This document shows positions 25,961 through 40,300 of a DNA stretch of 64,000 nt, in pieces. The position numbers and the translations under genes are program-made. The notes beneath the pieces are model-generated. The model was not told where the DNA came from and made no database searches. It was given only the letters and a program-made list of their open reading frames with translations. This DNA comes from Raillietiella orientalis. Its lineage: Eukaryota. Each line of letters opens with the position of its first letter. The stretch's first letter is position 1. Location: the NCBI GenBank assembly GCA_036172245.1, contig JAYWIR010000003.1, positions 3,658,001 to 3,722,000 on the forward strand. Direction: 5' to 3'.

Positions 25961-28598
25961 AATCGGCACGACTGCTCAGGAGAAAGGAAGGAAACTGCAC
26001 AGACCGACAACCCCGTTGCAGACGGGAGCGTGCACTGGCCTGCCTGACCATCCGTGCGGGGGGCATCAGCCGGAATGACTGGCCCTTGGCTTCAGATAGA
26101 GGAGCTGGAGGAAGGCGTGAGGGGGGAGGAGGTTTCCGGGCTCAAGCAGGGGTGCCAGCGCTCCCCTCCCCCTCGTCTCCTCCCGAACCAACCGGCTGGC
26201 TGCGAGCGGTCACTGCGAATCCGTGCTGGCGGTGTGAGCCCCTTCCGTTCCAGCTGGACTCTCCGGACGCAGTCCGCCTCCCAAGGGAACACCTCGCGCG
26301 GGCGTCTTGCACAATAAAACGAAAATCGTTGCAACACTCGATAGCAGGAGGGCAACGCAGGACGCTCACGGTACCAGGGATTTGGAAAGAGCAGCAGCAG
26401 GGACGTGTGGCGAACATGGAGTGCTCATGAAGACGTTTTGCCGATGGCAATGGGTTCATCAGGGGAACGCCTTTATTCTCTGGGCGCGAGCAGAACGACT
26501 TTCACCGTCAAAAAGAGTCACGTAAACAGGTTCCCGGGAGGATCACGCTTGCCTCTGAAATTTTCTCCTCGGCTCTGGATTCCGAGGAGAGAAAACTGTC
26601 CGCGGTGAATAGGCAGAGCTTCCTCTTCCGAGAGCGGAGCCGTGGGCAGGGGGGGAGAAACTGCATCTCGCGGAACGCCCCAGCGAAGGGGCACCCTACT
26701 CCTTGCCACCAAAAGTGCTCAAAGTGTCGACTGCATCCCCCTCCCCCCCCGGATCCGCTTCCAACGCTTTTCACCTGAATGGGGAACACGCACACGACAC
26801 GACTGTGTCAAACTTGTGCTCACGGAAACGAGAAGCTGCCCATGGCATGCAATGGGTGGCTGCTGCATGTCTGGATGATGTCATAAATACACGACACTTT
26901 GGAAACATTTGCGTATTGCGCCTCTGTTGTCCTAGTTATCATTAATCACCATCTTGTGCGCTGTTGCACTGCTCGCACTAGCAAAGGGCGACGAGTCCCA
27001 TTTTTCTGGAAAGAGAATTTCGTTTTGAAGGGACCAAAGTGATCGAAGCATGGCTTTCGGGCCCCAGAATGTTACGGCAATCCGCACGCAGAGAACCGGA
27101 TTAAGTAAGTTTCCAGACTGGATCTTGGGGTATTTCTCTTGTATTCCCGGCCACTCCTGATGGCTCGAGCTTCGCGTTTAGCCAGTTATCCCTATTCTGT
27201 CCACCCCCACCCCCCTCCTTCTCTCCCTCTTTTTTTTATCCGCTCCTCGTGGAGGACTCAGAATCCTTTTCACTTGATGTTTTTATGGCTTTGTACGAAA
27301 CTGATTTATTCGGAACAGGAAGTGTACTTGAAATTGGAATTTTCGATTTTCTCTAAGAGATGACGCCAGAGGTGGCCCCGGATTTTTTTTTTTTTTTTTT
27401 TTAGGGCAGCCAGGCAAAGTTTATGCACCGGTTCGTCTGTCCTTCGTATCACCACGTGGAATATTTCAGTGTCCAGCGCAGTACACAAACACGTCGTCTT
27501 TGGTCATTTTCATTGAATGTGTTGTGCCATCACACATCATAACACTGAGCATTTTACGGAACTCATCTTACTCGCCCTCAGTGAGTGGAAATGCACTTTC
27601 ATGCTCATCCATGCTCATTAAATACATTGTGCCATATGTTGTGCATACGTCTTGTATGTACACGTACACTTCAAACGATACCGGCTATTTATGTCCTGGT
27701 TGCATGACTATAGAATGGAGCGAGTTCATTCTACGTATAGCCCACGCGTAGCAACGACCACGTGCTCACACGCGCATCTAGAAACGAACACTGAAGTCAC
27801 TCCGCCTCCTAGGCCCCGCTTACAGCTGAAGAGACACCTCCAGCGGCACTCAATTAAGAAAAGTTGCACGCCGCAGGTGCTCATCATAACTATGCGAGAT
27901 TCCAGCTCTAAGAGGAGCACCGTTACAGATGCACGCAGCTTTTTTTGCTCCTTCCTTCTGCTTCTCTCTCTGTGAGAGAGGCGCGGTTCCTCACGTGAAA
28001 GTCGACGGAGAGCGTGTCTCCCTTGGATCCAGACGCTGAGCCGCGCGATCCCTGTCACTCGGGCCGCAAAGACTCTTTCGGCTCTGCGGACTGGCGCATC
28101 CGCACGGTGGGCCTGCGGCCCTACCCCTCCTGCTCAAACCTCTCCCTGCTTACGTATCCTTGGGACGCGCGCTGCACAGCTCCTGCAAAGTCGTTCCATC
28201 CAATTCGGAATTCGGACCCACGCACAAGGTTCACTGCGGTTTTAATCGCTAGGCAATTCAGGGTAATTATCCTAATAAATCAGGACACGGCCGGTGCTCC
28301 GAACCAGCATTGTTGACGACTATCGATTATTGTCAGGGGCTCCACGGAGGCGCATCATTGGCGTTCAATTACGTGTGACAACAATGGCAGGTTTATTTTT
28401 AGAAGAAACAACGCACTCCCGGCGATAAACGGTAACTCGGGAATAGAGGTGTGGTGAGCTGTTGGTGCCAAAAAATCGCTGTTGCTTCAGTGGAAAAATT
28501 GAGTGCCAGCAGTGGCGGCAGGCAGTTGAAGCCAACGAGTTGGTTTTCACCCGCTCACGCCACACAAGATCGCTAGCGAATATCCCTACTGTGGGATA

Positions 28599-28950
28599 AT
28601 GAAAGACTCGTCACGTGCTCTTGGAATCCTCTGGGGGATGGACGAGCATCTGGAGAGATGGAGGCGCATTGCGAGAACACTGCGATTCCCCGGTGACATC
28701 CACTCACCTTACCCGCAGAGTCTGAGCAAACGAACGTTCGCCTCTCAGGGCTTACCAGCTGCCTCCTCTCTGGCTATCTCCTGTCGGCAGGCAGCAGCGA
28801 TGATGGGCGAGACTGAAGAGTTCGGTCCTCACCTCAGGAAGCTCCTCGGAGCTGCCCTGGCCTCCACGCGAAGGGCAGCCAAATGGCTAGGACAGGGACG
28901 CCAAAGTACCAGGGAGCTTCAAGGAGATTGCGGTGAGACTCGCCTGCTCG
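28599..28950 (+). mobile_element. Possible decayed Ty3/Gypsy gag fragment
   Basis: EHLERWRRIART and CRQAAAMMGETEEFGPHLRKLLGAA resemble Gag motifs (R.Q..GES.EEF...LR.L). A PBS-like tggtgcc lies near 28464. Confidence 0.3.
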
Positions 28951-31900
28951 AAACGAGGCACCACTCCTGAATCCGCCACTTTACTTCCCCTCCTCGGGAA
29001 TGATGTTCAGCACCATGAGACTGGTCCACTACATTCCCAAGTTGTCCATTTACTGGCCCTCCCTTCCCTTCCTCGCCAGTCCTCTGTCCCCAGTGAGGTT
29101 TGTTCTCTTTCGTTTTGGCCTGCCAAATGTCGTCCCTATCTTGTTGCATCCTTATTTCATTCATTTATTTAGAAAAACTGTCGCAGGATGCAGGAATGAG
29201 GAGGTCACGGCGGGACGTTTATTTATCAAAATCATAGCAGGGAAGGGGAACTCATCCCCACGTCACTCTTGGGTTCTGGTAGGAGGAAGGGAAGGGGAGG
29301 GAAAGGAGGAGGAGGCAACGACAACTCGGTCTCGGAGTGCGCGGAGGTTTCCTGAGCACCGACATGCGTCCTTGAGGTTCCGACGTTGCACTCCGGGTTC
29401 CGGAAGTGGAAGTGGGGCGGGAAGCGCCCCGACTCGACAGTCGGCTGCGTGCAAAGACCGGAACCGACAAGCGGAGGAACCGCTGGATAAATAAAACGAG
29501 TAGAAAGAAAGGAACGGGGGAGACAGTGGGAAGGCGTCGCCCGCCCGTCTTTTTCTGCAGCAGCCTGAGCGCGATGCGCGCAGGAGGCGCCTTCGTCCAC
29601 CCCTTGCCCCCGGAGGGGGCCATCTCGCTGCCCCGTTGAGCGCTTCCCTCGGGGCGCGTGCAGGGGTGAGGCGGCTTGCGGATGGATGGGAGGGGTCGTC
29701 GAAGATCGTCCTGGCGTTGAACTTGCGGTGCCGAAGCATGGCTTCCTGGATGCGCTGGTAGGATCGACGGCATCGACCGCGTCTGGTCGAGCGGACGTGG
29801 TCTCTCGCGGGGAAGCGAGGACGTGCCTTGTTCGTGTCTGGGGCTGGCTGCGTAGCCATGGTTCCGTTCGCAGCCGGCATGCTAGGAAGGAAGGAAGCTG
29901 CGGTGTCGCTCGTTATTCGGCGTGCCCGGGGCGGTCGCAGTGCCCTCCCGTGCCGCACCGCCAACTAGCACCGCGGGCCGCCGCAGGAACCTCATTCTCT
30001 GCGGTTGCGTTTCGGTCAGGATGATGCTGGGCTGTGGATGAGCGAGCGGTGGAGTCGCCAGCGGCGCCACCGCTCGTTGACCACCTCAACGAATGAACGC
30101 GTGCGTGAACAATCGGACTAGCGCTTCCCACGGGGCACGGCCAAGAGTCTGCATGTTTGCGCCGGAGGGTCAAAGGGAAGGGGTTAGGGAAGAGAAAGTG
30201 GTCGGTTGGGGAGGGGAGGCCGCCCCCTGGAGAGGTCGGTTGCGTGCCTGGCTGTCATTCAGGGTCGGTCGGATGGGGCCCTCGCCGGACCACTGCTCGT
30301 GGCAAAGAGGGAGGCGCTCTGCCGTCACGGCTTCCAGCTGATGGCGTGCTCCAGGACGGGACGGCTGGGGGCGCGGGTAGCTCGTCGGGCGTGCGAAATC
30401 TCGCCAGCGGTTCGCTGCGGGCGGGTGCGAAATCCCTGCGGCTGGGCTCGGTGTGTTCGCCAAGGGCGGAGCGCATTGCCGTGGGCCTGCGAGCGATTCC
30501 GCTGTTCCTCACCTGGCGCTGTGTTCGGGTGGGGTCGCCGTCAGACGGAGCCGGCGGCATCGTGGCGCGCGGGAGAGCTCGACGAAGAAAAGGGGCGCCA
30601 CCGCATGCTGCCATCGGAGGCTGGAGCGCGGGATTGTCCCCAGGCGCAGTGAGAGGAGGGAGTCCCACCAGAGCACCTTCCGTCTGCGCTCCTGCCGGGG
30701 TCTCGCCGCGTCGGTCAGCTGATTCCGCCAGATCTCGAGGTGTCTTGGTCGCTGCTTCAGTGGGGTACGAGTTCCCGAATCCTCTGTTGCCCTTTTTCTT
30801 TGGCTCTTCTCCCTTTGCAACTCGCTTTTCCTGGCTCTGGCAGGCACGGCGAGACTGCTTTCTGCTCAAAGAGCCGTTAGCAAAGTCTCTGCTGATTACC
30901 GATTCTTTTCCTTGGCTGCAAATCCGGAAACATCGCTGCTTCCTCCCTAGAGTTTGGCACCGAGTGTAGCTTCGACTCTTGTTCCTGTCTCTCCCAGTCC
31001 TTGGATAGTAGATGTGCTCTCCCTCGTCTGCTGAGACTCGTCCATGTGGAATCGCTCCCAAGCTTTCCGAATTCCTTCAAACATCGTGTGGCAGAAGCAT
31101 TTTGTTTCATCTTTCCGTTTGTTTGTTATTCGTCAGCGAGTGTCGAGACCCCCAACTAGTAGGAAGCAGCTGGGGAAAGCACTTTCATCCGAAAGGGAAG
31201 CACTCGATTTTGCTCCCTAGGAAGACCGAGGCTGAGCCTCAAATCGTTAATGGGGACGTTCGAGAACACGTGATCAACGATCTTTCAAGGCACCAAAACG
31301 TTATCATTAAGAACAACGAAAGCACCCGAACGCCGGCGTTCATCATTCGGTCCTAAGCTCCAGTTACGCGGATCACAGTCGTGAACTCAAGAGATCAGAG
31401 GCACGAATTCCGGAGATCAGCGCCTGGAGACAGAGCAGTGGTAGAAGTCAGTACCAGCCCCATCACGTATCCACCAGGATTCCCTTGGAATGGTCAACGG
31501 TTCCAAACAACTTCCAAGTTCGTCTTCCAGGGATCCACCAAGTGGGCCCACGGGCTCACGGCAAGAATCGGAGGGGAAGGGAGTGTGACGAGGGTTCTGA
31601 CCGGCTGGCACGGCACATGCTCAAAGGCGGACGGCTGTCGATGTCCTCTGCGATGCGTCGCGAACCGTACCCTCCAGCGTGGGAAACGTCATCGCGGATG
31701 CGTGCAACGCGGGCGCTTCCCACTGAAAGAGGGCAAAAGCCGCTCCGTGATGCTGCTGCGCATTCGTTGCACCTGTCCTCCTCGTCCATTTTGCGGAAAG
31801 CGTCCAGGAGCTGCTTTTCCCCGCCTCGCGCCAGTGCAGCATCAGGGACGAGAAGTCCAGCGGTCACCCGGTCTCCGTTTCTCTCACGAAAGCGCTTCGC

Positions 31901-32099
31901 TTCCGGCAACCTCCGGTCCAGAAATCATCTCCTGGATGAAACTGCAGCCTAACGCCGCCACGATGCGTCATGGCCGGGTCGCGCCTTACGCGTGTGGCGA
32001 GACGAGTTGACAGAGGCGGCTGACGACGCGACGAAGACACGGACCCTTGGGCAAAACAAAAGGGCAGAGTGGAGATGGAACACCAGCGGACCTGGAACA

Positions 32100-34100
32100 A
32101 GCCCACTAAGATCTGGATGGGATGCAGCCGAGGATGTCAAGAAATCGTCTCAAATGGAATGCTGACGGCATAAGAAATCTGCGAGCGTGAGAGCGGGCGT
32201 CGGCAGAGATTACGCAATCCCCTCCGATCAAGAAAGCAGAAAGGCACCAATTAAACGGAGTTCTCGAGGAACAAGCCAGGAAAAAAGTGTCAGTGAGGAA
32301 GATAAAAGACGCCCAGGAGGATGGGACGCCGTTTAATAAGAAAGACAACGCGAGAGTGGGAAAGCGATGATGATGATTAGCCGATGGAGCCGAAAGATAC
32401 AAATCAATTCGGAAGGCCTTGCTGCAAGACGAGAGGGAAAATGAGGAAGGAAAGAAGAGTAAGGAGGACGGAGAAAGATTTCTCTAATAGAGATTGATGA
32501 TTTCAGAGAAGACAAGATGCTGAGTGTGATAGGAGAGCCCAAATCCCCGTGAGGGAAGGGATATCAATGTTGGTGGAGATGAGATATCGGAGGAAGGGGG
32601 AGCAACAAAAAGAGATTTGATCAGGATTGTGGCGCAGGAGCAGAAGAAAGAGCGCACGGATGCCGGACTTTCCCGAGGACGGAACAGCAGGCGGCTCCAG
32701 GACGCGATATGCCTCCTCCTTGCCAACGCGGACGTTTCGACCTGAGAACCTTCCTCCCTGCTGAGAGGCTACTCTTTAAATGTGACAAGTGGCACCAAGG
32801 AGGATGAGGACCGTCTGACGGTGGGGAACCAGCACATGGTGCTTCTTTAGAAACTCTTCGTCCTCGAGGAGCTCTTGGCTGTCGAGATCATGCTCCTATT
32901 CCTTCCGCTCTTTCGAGAGGGCGCAGGAGAGAAGGTCCCGAGGGGTCGAATCCGTGCCCATAAGCTCCAACCCAGAAGAGAGTTCAAAGGTGGAAATCGA
33001 GAACGCCTGGGTCACCAGGCGTATCCGAAGCCTGCCTGATGACCCAGGCAGCGAGCAGACAGCACCTGGCAGCGAGCACTGACGGCAGCAACACCCGCAA
33101 GGGAAGTCGGGATCACTTTTCCTCCGTACCATGGATTCCCTACGAAGGTTCTGTCCGATCTCAAGAGGATGCACATCAGGTCATCCCTGGGAGGGAGAGG
33201 GGGGTTAAAAAACCAGAAGGTGGACTGGGCCAAGTTGCCGGCGCACCCCAAACGGAAGCCGAAGAGTCATGTAGATTTCCCCCCTGCACCCACGGCCCTA
33301 TCTAGGGTGTCGCGTGTTCCCTGGTTGTTTCCGCCTTCGTCTCCGTCCCGCCCATCCGCAGAATTCGCTATCCCCTCTTCCTACTGCCCCCGCTTCCCCT
33401 GCCGGCGAGGCCCTGGTCTGAGACGCCGGATGATTTCCCTTTCCGCCGTCAGGGGCGCGCTCCGAGGTACCGCCGCCTACTCCCTAAGAGTGTGGGTCAT
33501 TCGCGGGATCTCAACCGGCCGGAAGGCGAGGCGTCCGTCGGCAGAGTCGCTCCCGGAAAACCGGCAGCTCGTCCCGACTACTTGTCCGTTTGGACCTCTC
33601 TCCGCGCAGGGTACGGTTAGCGCTCGCCTCCCGGGCGCAGCTCTCGGGAAAGCGGAGCAGCGTGAGAGTGCCAGAAGCGAGACGGGACCAGTGCCACGCA
33701 AAAACGACTGCCCTCCTCCCAGTCCCTTTCCCAGGGTCCGTCTGACCTTCAGTGTGGACCCCTCGGGCGGGCAACTGCCCGAAGCGCCACCAGCGGCGTC
33801 CTCCTCCACGGACAGCAAAGACTTGGGTTCGGTCTTGGTGTGGGAAGGCATGGTTCCGCGAGGAGGAGGGGGGAGAATCCTCCCAACCCCCACCAGCACT
33901 GCAGTGGAGAACCCGTCGCAGCATTTGTGGGGTCACCTCGTGACGGAGTCTCCCTGCAGCGGAAGGGGTCCTTCGGAACATGCTGCTGCTCCCTACCGGG
34001 GAGGTACCACAGAATTCGCCTACGCGAACGTATGGAGGTCGTGGCAGGTGGACTGCAAGGTCATTGCAAGGAGCCCTTGGGATGACCCTCCAGGATACCC
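32100..34100 (-). mobile_element. Decayed, internally deleted Tx1/L1-like element
   Basis: Knuckle-like remnants near 34000-34100, APE-like TLKVRRTLGKGLG and DGRLAFRPVEI, RT-like TFELSSGLEL, post-RT LISLPSRGFGL. Confidence 0.45.
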
Positions 34101-36559
34101 CGGATCGAAGTCGCTGCTCACAGAAGGAGGCAACTCCGAGCAGCAGTTCCGGGAGCAGGGAAAGCAGTCAAAGGGGTCCTTCCGGGAAGCGGGGATTGCT
34201 GGGAGCAGCCAAGGGATCGCTGATGCGGGGGGTAATCCGCCACTGGACTGGACGTGGCCGTCGGAGCTGCAGTGGTGCTACCCGGAGCGCGCGCCCGCCC
34301 GCTTATCCGTGAAAGATGAAGTGTGGCTCCTCCCCAGCTTCCTCTCTCGGGTCCGTTTTGGCCCTCCCGAGGAGGCGTCACTCGGGAGCTGCTGGAGGAG
34401 AAATCGGAAGTCTCTGGCTCCCCCTTGGAGCCGCACTTGTGCGATGGCCAGGAAGGGGGGGGGGAAGGGGAGGAGGATCAAAGGGGACAACCGCCAGGAG
34501 CCTCCAGAGCTCTGAGAGCAGCCCCGCCGGATGTCGACAGAGGGCGCTAACGACGAAAACCTGGAAAAAAAAAGCTGAAAACCCCTCCTCCCCCCTCCTC
34601 CTCCAAAGGGCTCAGACCTCCCAGCATCCACCACTGAAGCGCGCCGGTAACCGCCGCCAAGGGAAGAGGAGGTCGCGGGTGCGGGAGAGCCACCGATGCG
34701 GCTCCCCTTCTCGCGGCCATGACCTCGTTCGGAGAGTCTCCGGTGGTCCAGCTCAGCCTGACCACCTCCCGCCCTTGCGGGGAACCGCGGCGACACTGTT
34801 GCCGTCCTACAAGGTCGTGCTGGACTCCGCTCCCGGGTCTCCGCCACCCGGCACGCCCTGCTTCTTGCCTCGCTCTGTGTCCATCCGCCTCCGGCCACCA
34901 CACGCGGCAGACGGCCCTCCGTGCTGTTCGTTCCCTAACCCGAGGCCCGCAGCAGCTTCGCTCCTTCCCCCTGCCTCTGTTTTCGCCCCGAGCCCTGCCA
35001 CGTCCGCCAGCTTCCGGACTCGTCCATCACGTCGTGTTTTTCCTCCTTCCGAGAAGGGAAGGAGGAAGGAGGGGGGGGGAGGGAGAACCTGTTCCGGAAG
35101 CGGCAGCTGCCCCGGCGATCTCGTCCGGCGTCCGGGAAAAACACGCCGCGCGCGCGCACTTTGCCTGCCACGAGCGAGAGCCCCGCGCGACAACAGCGGC
35201 AGCCTGGGCGGCGGCGGCTCCGATTCGTCAGGGCGGATGTTTGCAAACACGCCGGGGGCCCGCGGCACGCCAAAACAGCGGTGCCGGGGATCGCGAGAGC
35301 ATTAGCAGACCTCGGGAACAACAGGGAAACAAATAGTCGGGTCTTCCGCCCGGCATCCGCCGCTGCCATCCTTCTTCCCCTCCTGGTGTTGTTTTCGTCG
35401 TCCCCTCGCGTGTTTCCCCGGGAGAACCGCGCGCGCCTTCTCCTTCCGTCCGCCCTCCGCGCCCGGGAGAGCTGCGGGCGCGTCCACTTGTTGAGCACGC
35501 GCCGGGTTCCCCTCAGGGCTGCTCCTCAGGTCGGCGGGTGCTGCCTTCCCACTTCTTCCTCCTCGAGCGCGCTGCCGAAAACCGCCGACGGTCCGCTCCG
35601 ACGGGGAAGAGGCCGTGCGCGACGACACGTTCCAAATCATATGGTCACCAAACGATTCCAGTCGCTTCCCTCCGGCCTCCAATCGTCGCGGTGCATTTCT
35701 TTTACGCCACTCACTGACACTTGCCACACGGCACTGTACATCCGTTGACAACGCAATAATTTTACGGTATTCATAAGTGAAAGCACATCTTCAATGCGGT
35801 CTCGAATATATCATTACGAATGTGACACATCACATGCTCGCCTCGAGCCTCGATGCGTTTCGTAGCAACGTGGGACCCGAGGCGGGACGGTTTTCAAGCC
35901 TCCCCCTCCCCCCTGTATATTTTTAGATCGCATTGTTGGGAGCCATGTAGGATCGCGCAAGCCGGACTTGAGGTCGGGTCGGTTTTAAGTAGCTGACCAC
36001 GCAAACGCGTGTTTGACCGAGTGATGTCGGCTGGCGCGAAACATCCACGTTCCACTTCATGCGTCAACGAGAGGTGTGGATTCCGTTAGCCATTCTCACG
36101 CAATTTCGTGCATATGGACTGGATGCTATGTGGACATGTGGCAGCACTGCGTGCAACGGCTGGCCTATCGCGCGAGGCTCCCGCAGCGCCCGGCGAAGAC
36201 GGGGCAACCCAGGATCCCCCGATCCCGACCGCTCCTCCGTCGGGATTGGGGAAACCACCAGGCGGCCCTCGTGTCCTCGGTAGGAGGAAAAGGGGCAGGG
36301 GAGGTTGTCGCCGAGACGTCGTGAGACTCCCTCCCGTAACTTTCCCTGGAGGAGGAACGTCTTCTCTGCTGGCCGGCTGGGAATAGGTGCGCAAAATCTT
36401 CCTCCACGCCAGGTCCCCAACCTTCAGCCGGACCGATTGTCGTCCGACTCCTCCCTGCCAATGCCGCCGCCGTTGCTACCACCGCGCCAGCATCTCCAGG
36501 GAGTGCTGTCCCTCCCCCCTCCCCCTCCCCTCGCCCCTTGCAGCCAGCAGCAGACCCCT

Positions 36560-39250
36560 CAGACCCGAGTCTCGTAGACGGTGGCCAGACAACGCGGCGT
36601 TTGCACACTCAGACCGTTCGCGCCTCCTGAGAACGACTTGAGGTCCCTGGTGCGCAAACTCGAGAGGAAGATTCTAGGAGTTGCCCCAGGAAGCGCGGCA
36701 GCATGAGATCTTCGGGACACTCGTGGGAAAGTAGCCGTCCCCTTGCCCGAAAACGACTCTTCGATCCGTCGCTCCCTCCTTGAGGAAGCCAGCGGCGTAG
36801 CCACGAGCGAGACACGGGCCGATGTCCGCGTGAAGAGAGAAGAAGGAGGGCCATGACCTCCCCCTGCGAGGGCCGGAAAGACCCAGGGCGACCCCATCTT
36901 CGTCAGGGTCTTCGCGAAGTCAGGAGAGTGGCCCCCGGGAGCCCGTGGACCGCCTGCCCGCCGTGCAGACCGGTAACGATAGACGACTGCTGGGTTAGCA
37001 GCTCGTCCCGCAACGAGGTGTCCCGCGACTGCAGTCGGCTTCTCTTCTCCGGGGGCTGCCCCTGCGGTTCGTCTGCGCCTTCACCTACCCCGATCCACTT
37101 CCGTGAGGCCCTTGCACATGTAGTACCCTAGGACATCTGCGCCTCCAGGAGAGGACTGGGCAGCTGTCCCAGGTGCTCCGGGGAGTGTTGTGGACTGCCA
37201 CGTGGCCGGCTCCGTCCGGGTCGCCGCCCTTAGCAACAAGACCTTCTACCCCCCTTCGTTGCTGTGGCCCCTCGCCCCGCCTCTCTCCTGGGCGCCTCCT
37301 CCTCAGCCCTCATCTGGTGCATCAGGCGTGGAACAGATACGCTCCGCATTCACGCCCGCTGGAGATCCCGTCGCGGCCGCCCGTGCTACCACCCGTTTCC
37401 TCGCACCTCACCAGGCCAGAGCGACGCAACGTTCCCTCCAAAAAGAAGGAAGGAGCGGACTTTGGTCTCCGCACGCCCGGACGCTCGCTGTCCGGGACAA
37501 ACGGCTGTCCGGTAGGGAGCAGATTCGGGAGGAGGGCGAAGAAGAGGGGAGGGGTAAACCGCTCTTTGATGGGTCTCCTGGTAGCTTCCGGGACTTCCTC
37601 CAGGAAAATGGCGTGGCCTTGGCGCTTCCCAAGTGGTACAGGAACGCGGGAGCAGGGCCGCCTAGAGAAGACCTTCGGCGCCTTTCCGCCGGGTCTACCT
37701 CGGACCCTGGCTCCCGCTCCCTCGTCTGACTCTTCTTTTGGGGGCAGTGCGAGGAGAGAGGAAGGGGGGTACCGGGAACTGACCTGCCCGAGTCCGCGAC
37801 CGCCGCAGGGAAGACCACACGGACCGAAGGCAGAGCGCGGTCCCGTGCGGAAGTGGCTCCCAGCGGCGGACCACTGGAGAGGACGCAGAGCACCTACTAT
37901 TCCAGGGAGGCAGGAATCAATTTTTGGGCGGGCCCTCGAGCAGCCCCTTGCACCTTGCTCGGAGTTTCCCGAAGGAAACGCTCGAGGAATGGGGCGCCTG
38001 CAGGAGCTCCTTCTCCCCTGCAACGGACCCGTGCATTCCCGACTCCACCTCCCGGGCAGCCAGACTCCTGCAGCTCACGCCTTTCTTTCCTCGGCTGCAC
38101 CCCAACGCCTCACGTGCCGTCGAGGGCAGCGTCCCGGAGGATTCCTCCTCTCCTCGATACTTTTCTGACTCACTTTTCCCCTCCACCCTTCTGGAACCCA
38201 CTTTGGTGCCGGAACCTCGGGCCACTTCGGCCTTGATGAAAGCCGCCGTTTCCACAGAAACGGTCCCGCGAAAGATCTCCAGAAGCGACCGAGAGATCCA
38301 TCCGACTTGAGGTTGCCACAGTCTCCTCTTCTTCCTTTGAGGGCGGAGGGGAATTCCCCCCGGTTGCCCCGGAGCTTTCATTTCTGAGATAAAAAATGGA
38401 GTGGTGTGGCCGGACTTTCGGTCTTGCCGCGTCCATCAAAGAAGGAAGCTGCCAACAAGCCGGCGTGCAGACCGGCGGGAGCACAGGGAAAAAAGGGGAA
38501 CAAACAAAAATAAATACGAAAAGCCCTGGTGGATCGGGAAGGGATCTCCACATGCTGGTGGGCGTCCTTTCCACAGGATGCTCCTGGAAATCATCATCCA
38601 GATGGGGGTGTCTCGCTGCGGTCCTTAGTAAGGGAACCGCGAGGTGAATGATGTCCCTGTCGCTGTCGCCTCTTTCGGTGGCGTCCCAGGCAGCCAGAGT
38701 TCCTCGTAAGCGGCAAAGTGCTGCCAGGGTCGCGGCTGGCGTCAGGGCCACCACACACGAAGAGGCACTTAAAAGCGTCCCTGGGGTTGTCATAAGGGTC
38801 CAACGGACCTCAGCAAAGCACTCATACAGGGGCCGGAGGGCAACTCCGTCCGCAAGCAGGCGAGGGAGGGTCTCTCGTTCCCCGCACCCGTTTGCCGCAG
38901 TTTAGTTTCCCCCCCCCGTCTCTTGGGTTCCTAGTGATGCCAGCGGGCGTCGTGCGCTGGAGATCCCAGTGCCAAAGGCGGATCACCGACTCCTGCTACT
39001 TCAAAGGGAGGGTGCAGGGTAGAATGGAAGGGAGAAGAGCACAGATCCACCTCCCCCCTTCATCTCCCACTCTCGTTTCGGTACATGGCAGAGACCTGCG
39101 ACTCGCGTGCGTTGCGTTCCCGGGCAGGCAGCCGGGACTCCGTGAGCTGTCGTGGTTCCGCGTGGCGCATGTGAGGCTTCGGGAGCTGTCGCATCGGAGG
39201 CAGACGTTGTGTTGCTAAGATCGAGAGCGCCTTGGATTGTTGGGCAGAAG
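36560..39250 (-). mobile_element. Decayed Tx1/L1-like element (ORF1 knuckles, APE, RT, post-RT)
   Basis: VCLRCDSS (~39200), HPHLDDDFQE, GEGAPAGAPFLERF, RFTPPLFFALL, ADVLGYY and TSLRDELLTQQSSIV occur in the expected order. Confidence 0.45.
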
Positions 39251-39769
39251 GGCACTCCAGAGCGCTTGCGCCCACGCGGGACTAGACGGTGATGACGGTA
39301 AACGCGAATCGCTGTGCTGCGGCAGCTCTTCCCTGCCAACCACAGCCACCTCTCCCACCATCCTCCTACGCAGATGACCCCTAGCTCTCTCCGGCCACCG
39401 GAACGCATATTCCGTCCATCCACCGTTGCCAGCTCCCACTCCACCTGACCCACCGGATCGGTGGCACGTGTCCTTGTCGGCGCACCTCTTGCGTGTGGCG
39501 GGAAGCCACGATCCTCCAGGCGCAACAAGGGAGGTGCTGATGTGGGATGGGAGAACGAGAAGGGTGGAGTGGTTACCTGGTCATGCCGGGGCGTTTCTTG
39601 AAAAACACAAAAAATCAGGAAACTCGCCACGCATGCTGGGATGCGCAACCCCACCATGCTCGAATCTACCTGCCGGGTTGCCGGTGCGCAGACCGGCGAG
39701 GTCCACCTCGACAGCGGAGAAAGGAAGGGAAGGGAGCGAAAAACAAAAAGAAAAATAATAATTAAATAA

Positions 39770-40300
39770 AGAATAAATAAAGACATTCTGGAGGGCCAGG
39801 AAGGGACCAAGGTCCTCAGGAGGGAGTCCTCTGCATCCTGGAAAGGATGCAGAAGCACGTTCCACCTGCACAGCACCCCCAGGGGGAAGAGGCCATCTGA
39901 CTTCCATCCGCAGAGAGCCAACTGCAATCTGGACGGTGTCCCTCCCGTCCCGTCCTCTGTTGGCCTCGTTCCAGGTCGCCACGATCGCGCGGATGCAGCG
40001 AAGGGCTGCTAAGCCTGCAGCTGGCTCACGAAGAGGAGTCTCGAAGCGCCCCTGGGATTGCCAGCCGGGGTCCTCAGGGTCGCCTCCATACGTTCCCACA
40101 GGGGTCGGGAGGCGACAGAGGCCACAGGCAGGTGCACGAGGGGAGATTCGCATTCCTTGCACCTGACAGTCCAGGCTGGCACTCCCCAGTATCTGGTGGT
40201 GCCGGCGGTAGTCGCAGGAAAGACCTCAGTGCGACAGCCGGAGTGCCGACCCCTGCCACTTCAGGGGAGGGGGATGCCGCTATCCGCAAACACCTGGAAC
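39770..40300 (-). mobile_element. Tx1/L1-like 3' end (zf-RVT and C-terminus)
   Basis: VRCKECESPLVHL...RPLW, AIVATWNEANR, PLGVLCRW, followed by a T-rich tail on the minus strand. Confidence 0.5.

Noticed and set aside
33169..35305. Long plus-strand ORFs (448 aa and 329 aa) and similar long overlapping ORFs elsewhere
   Set aside because: R/P/G/S/A-rich, open in several frames on both strands and with no recognisable domain; expected from high GC content and antisense retroelement relics.
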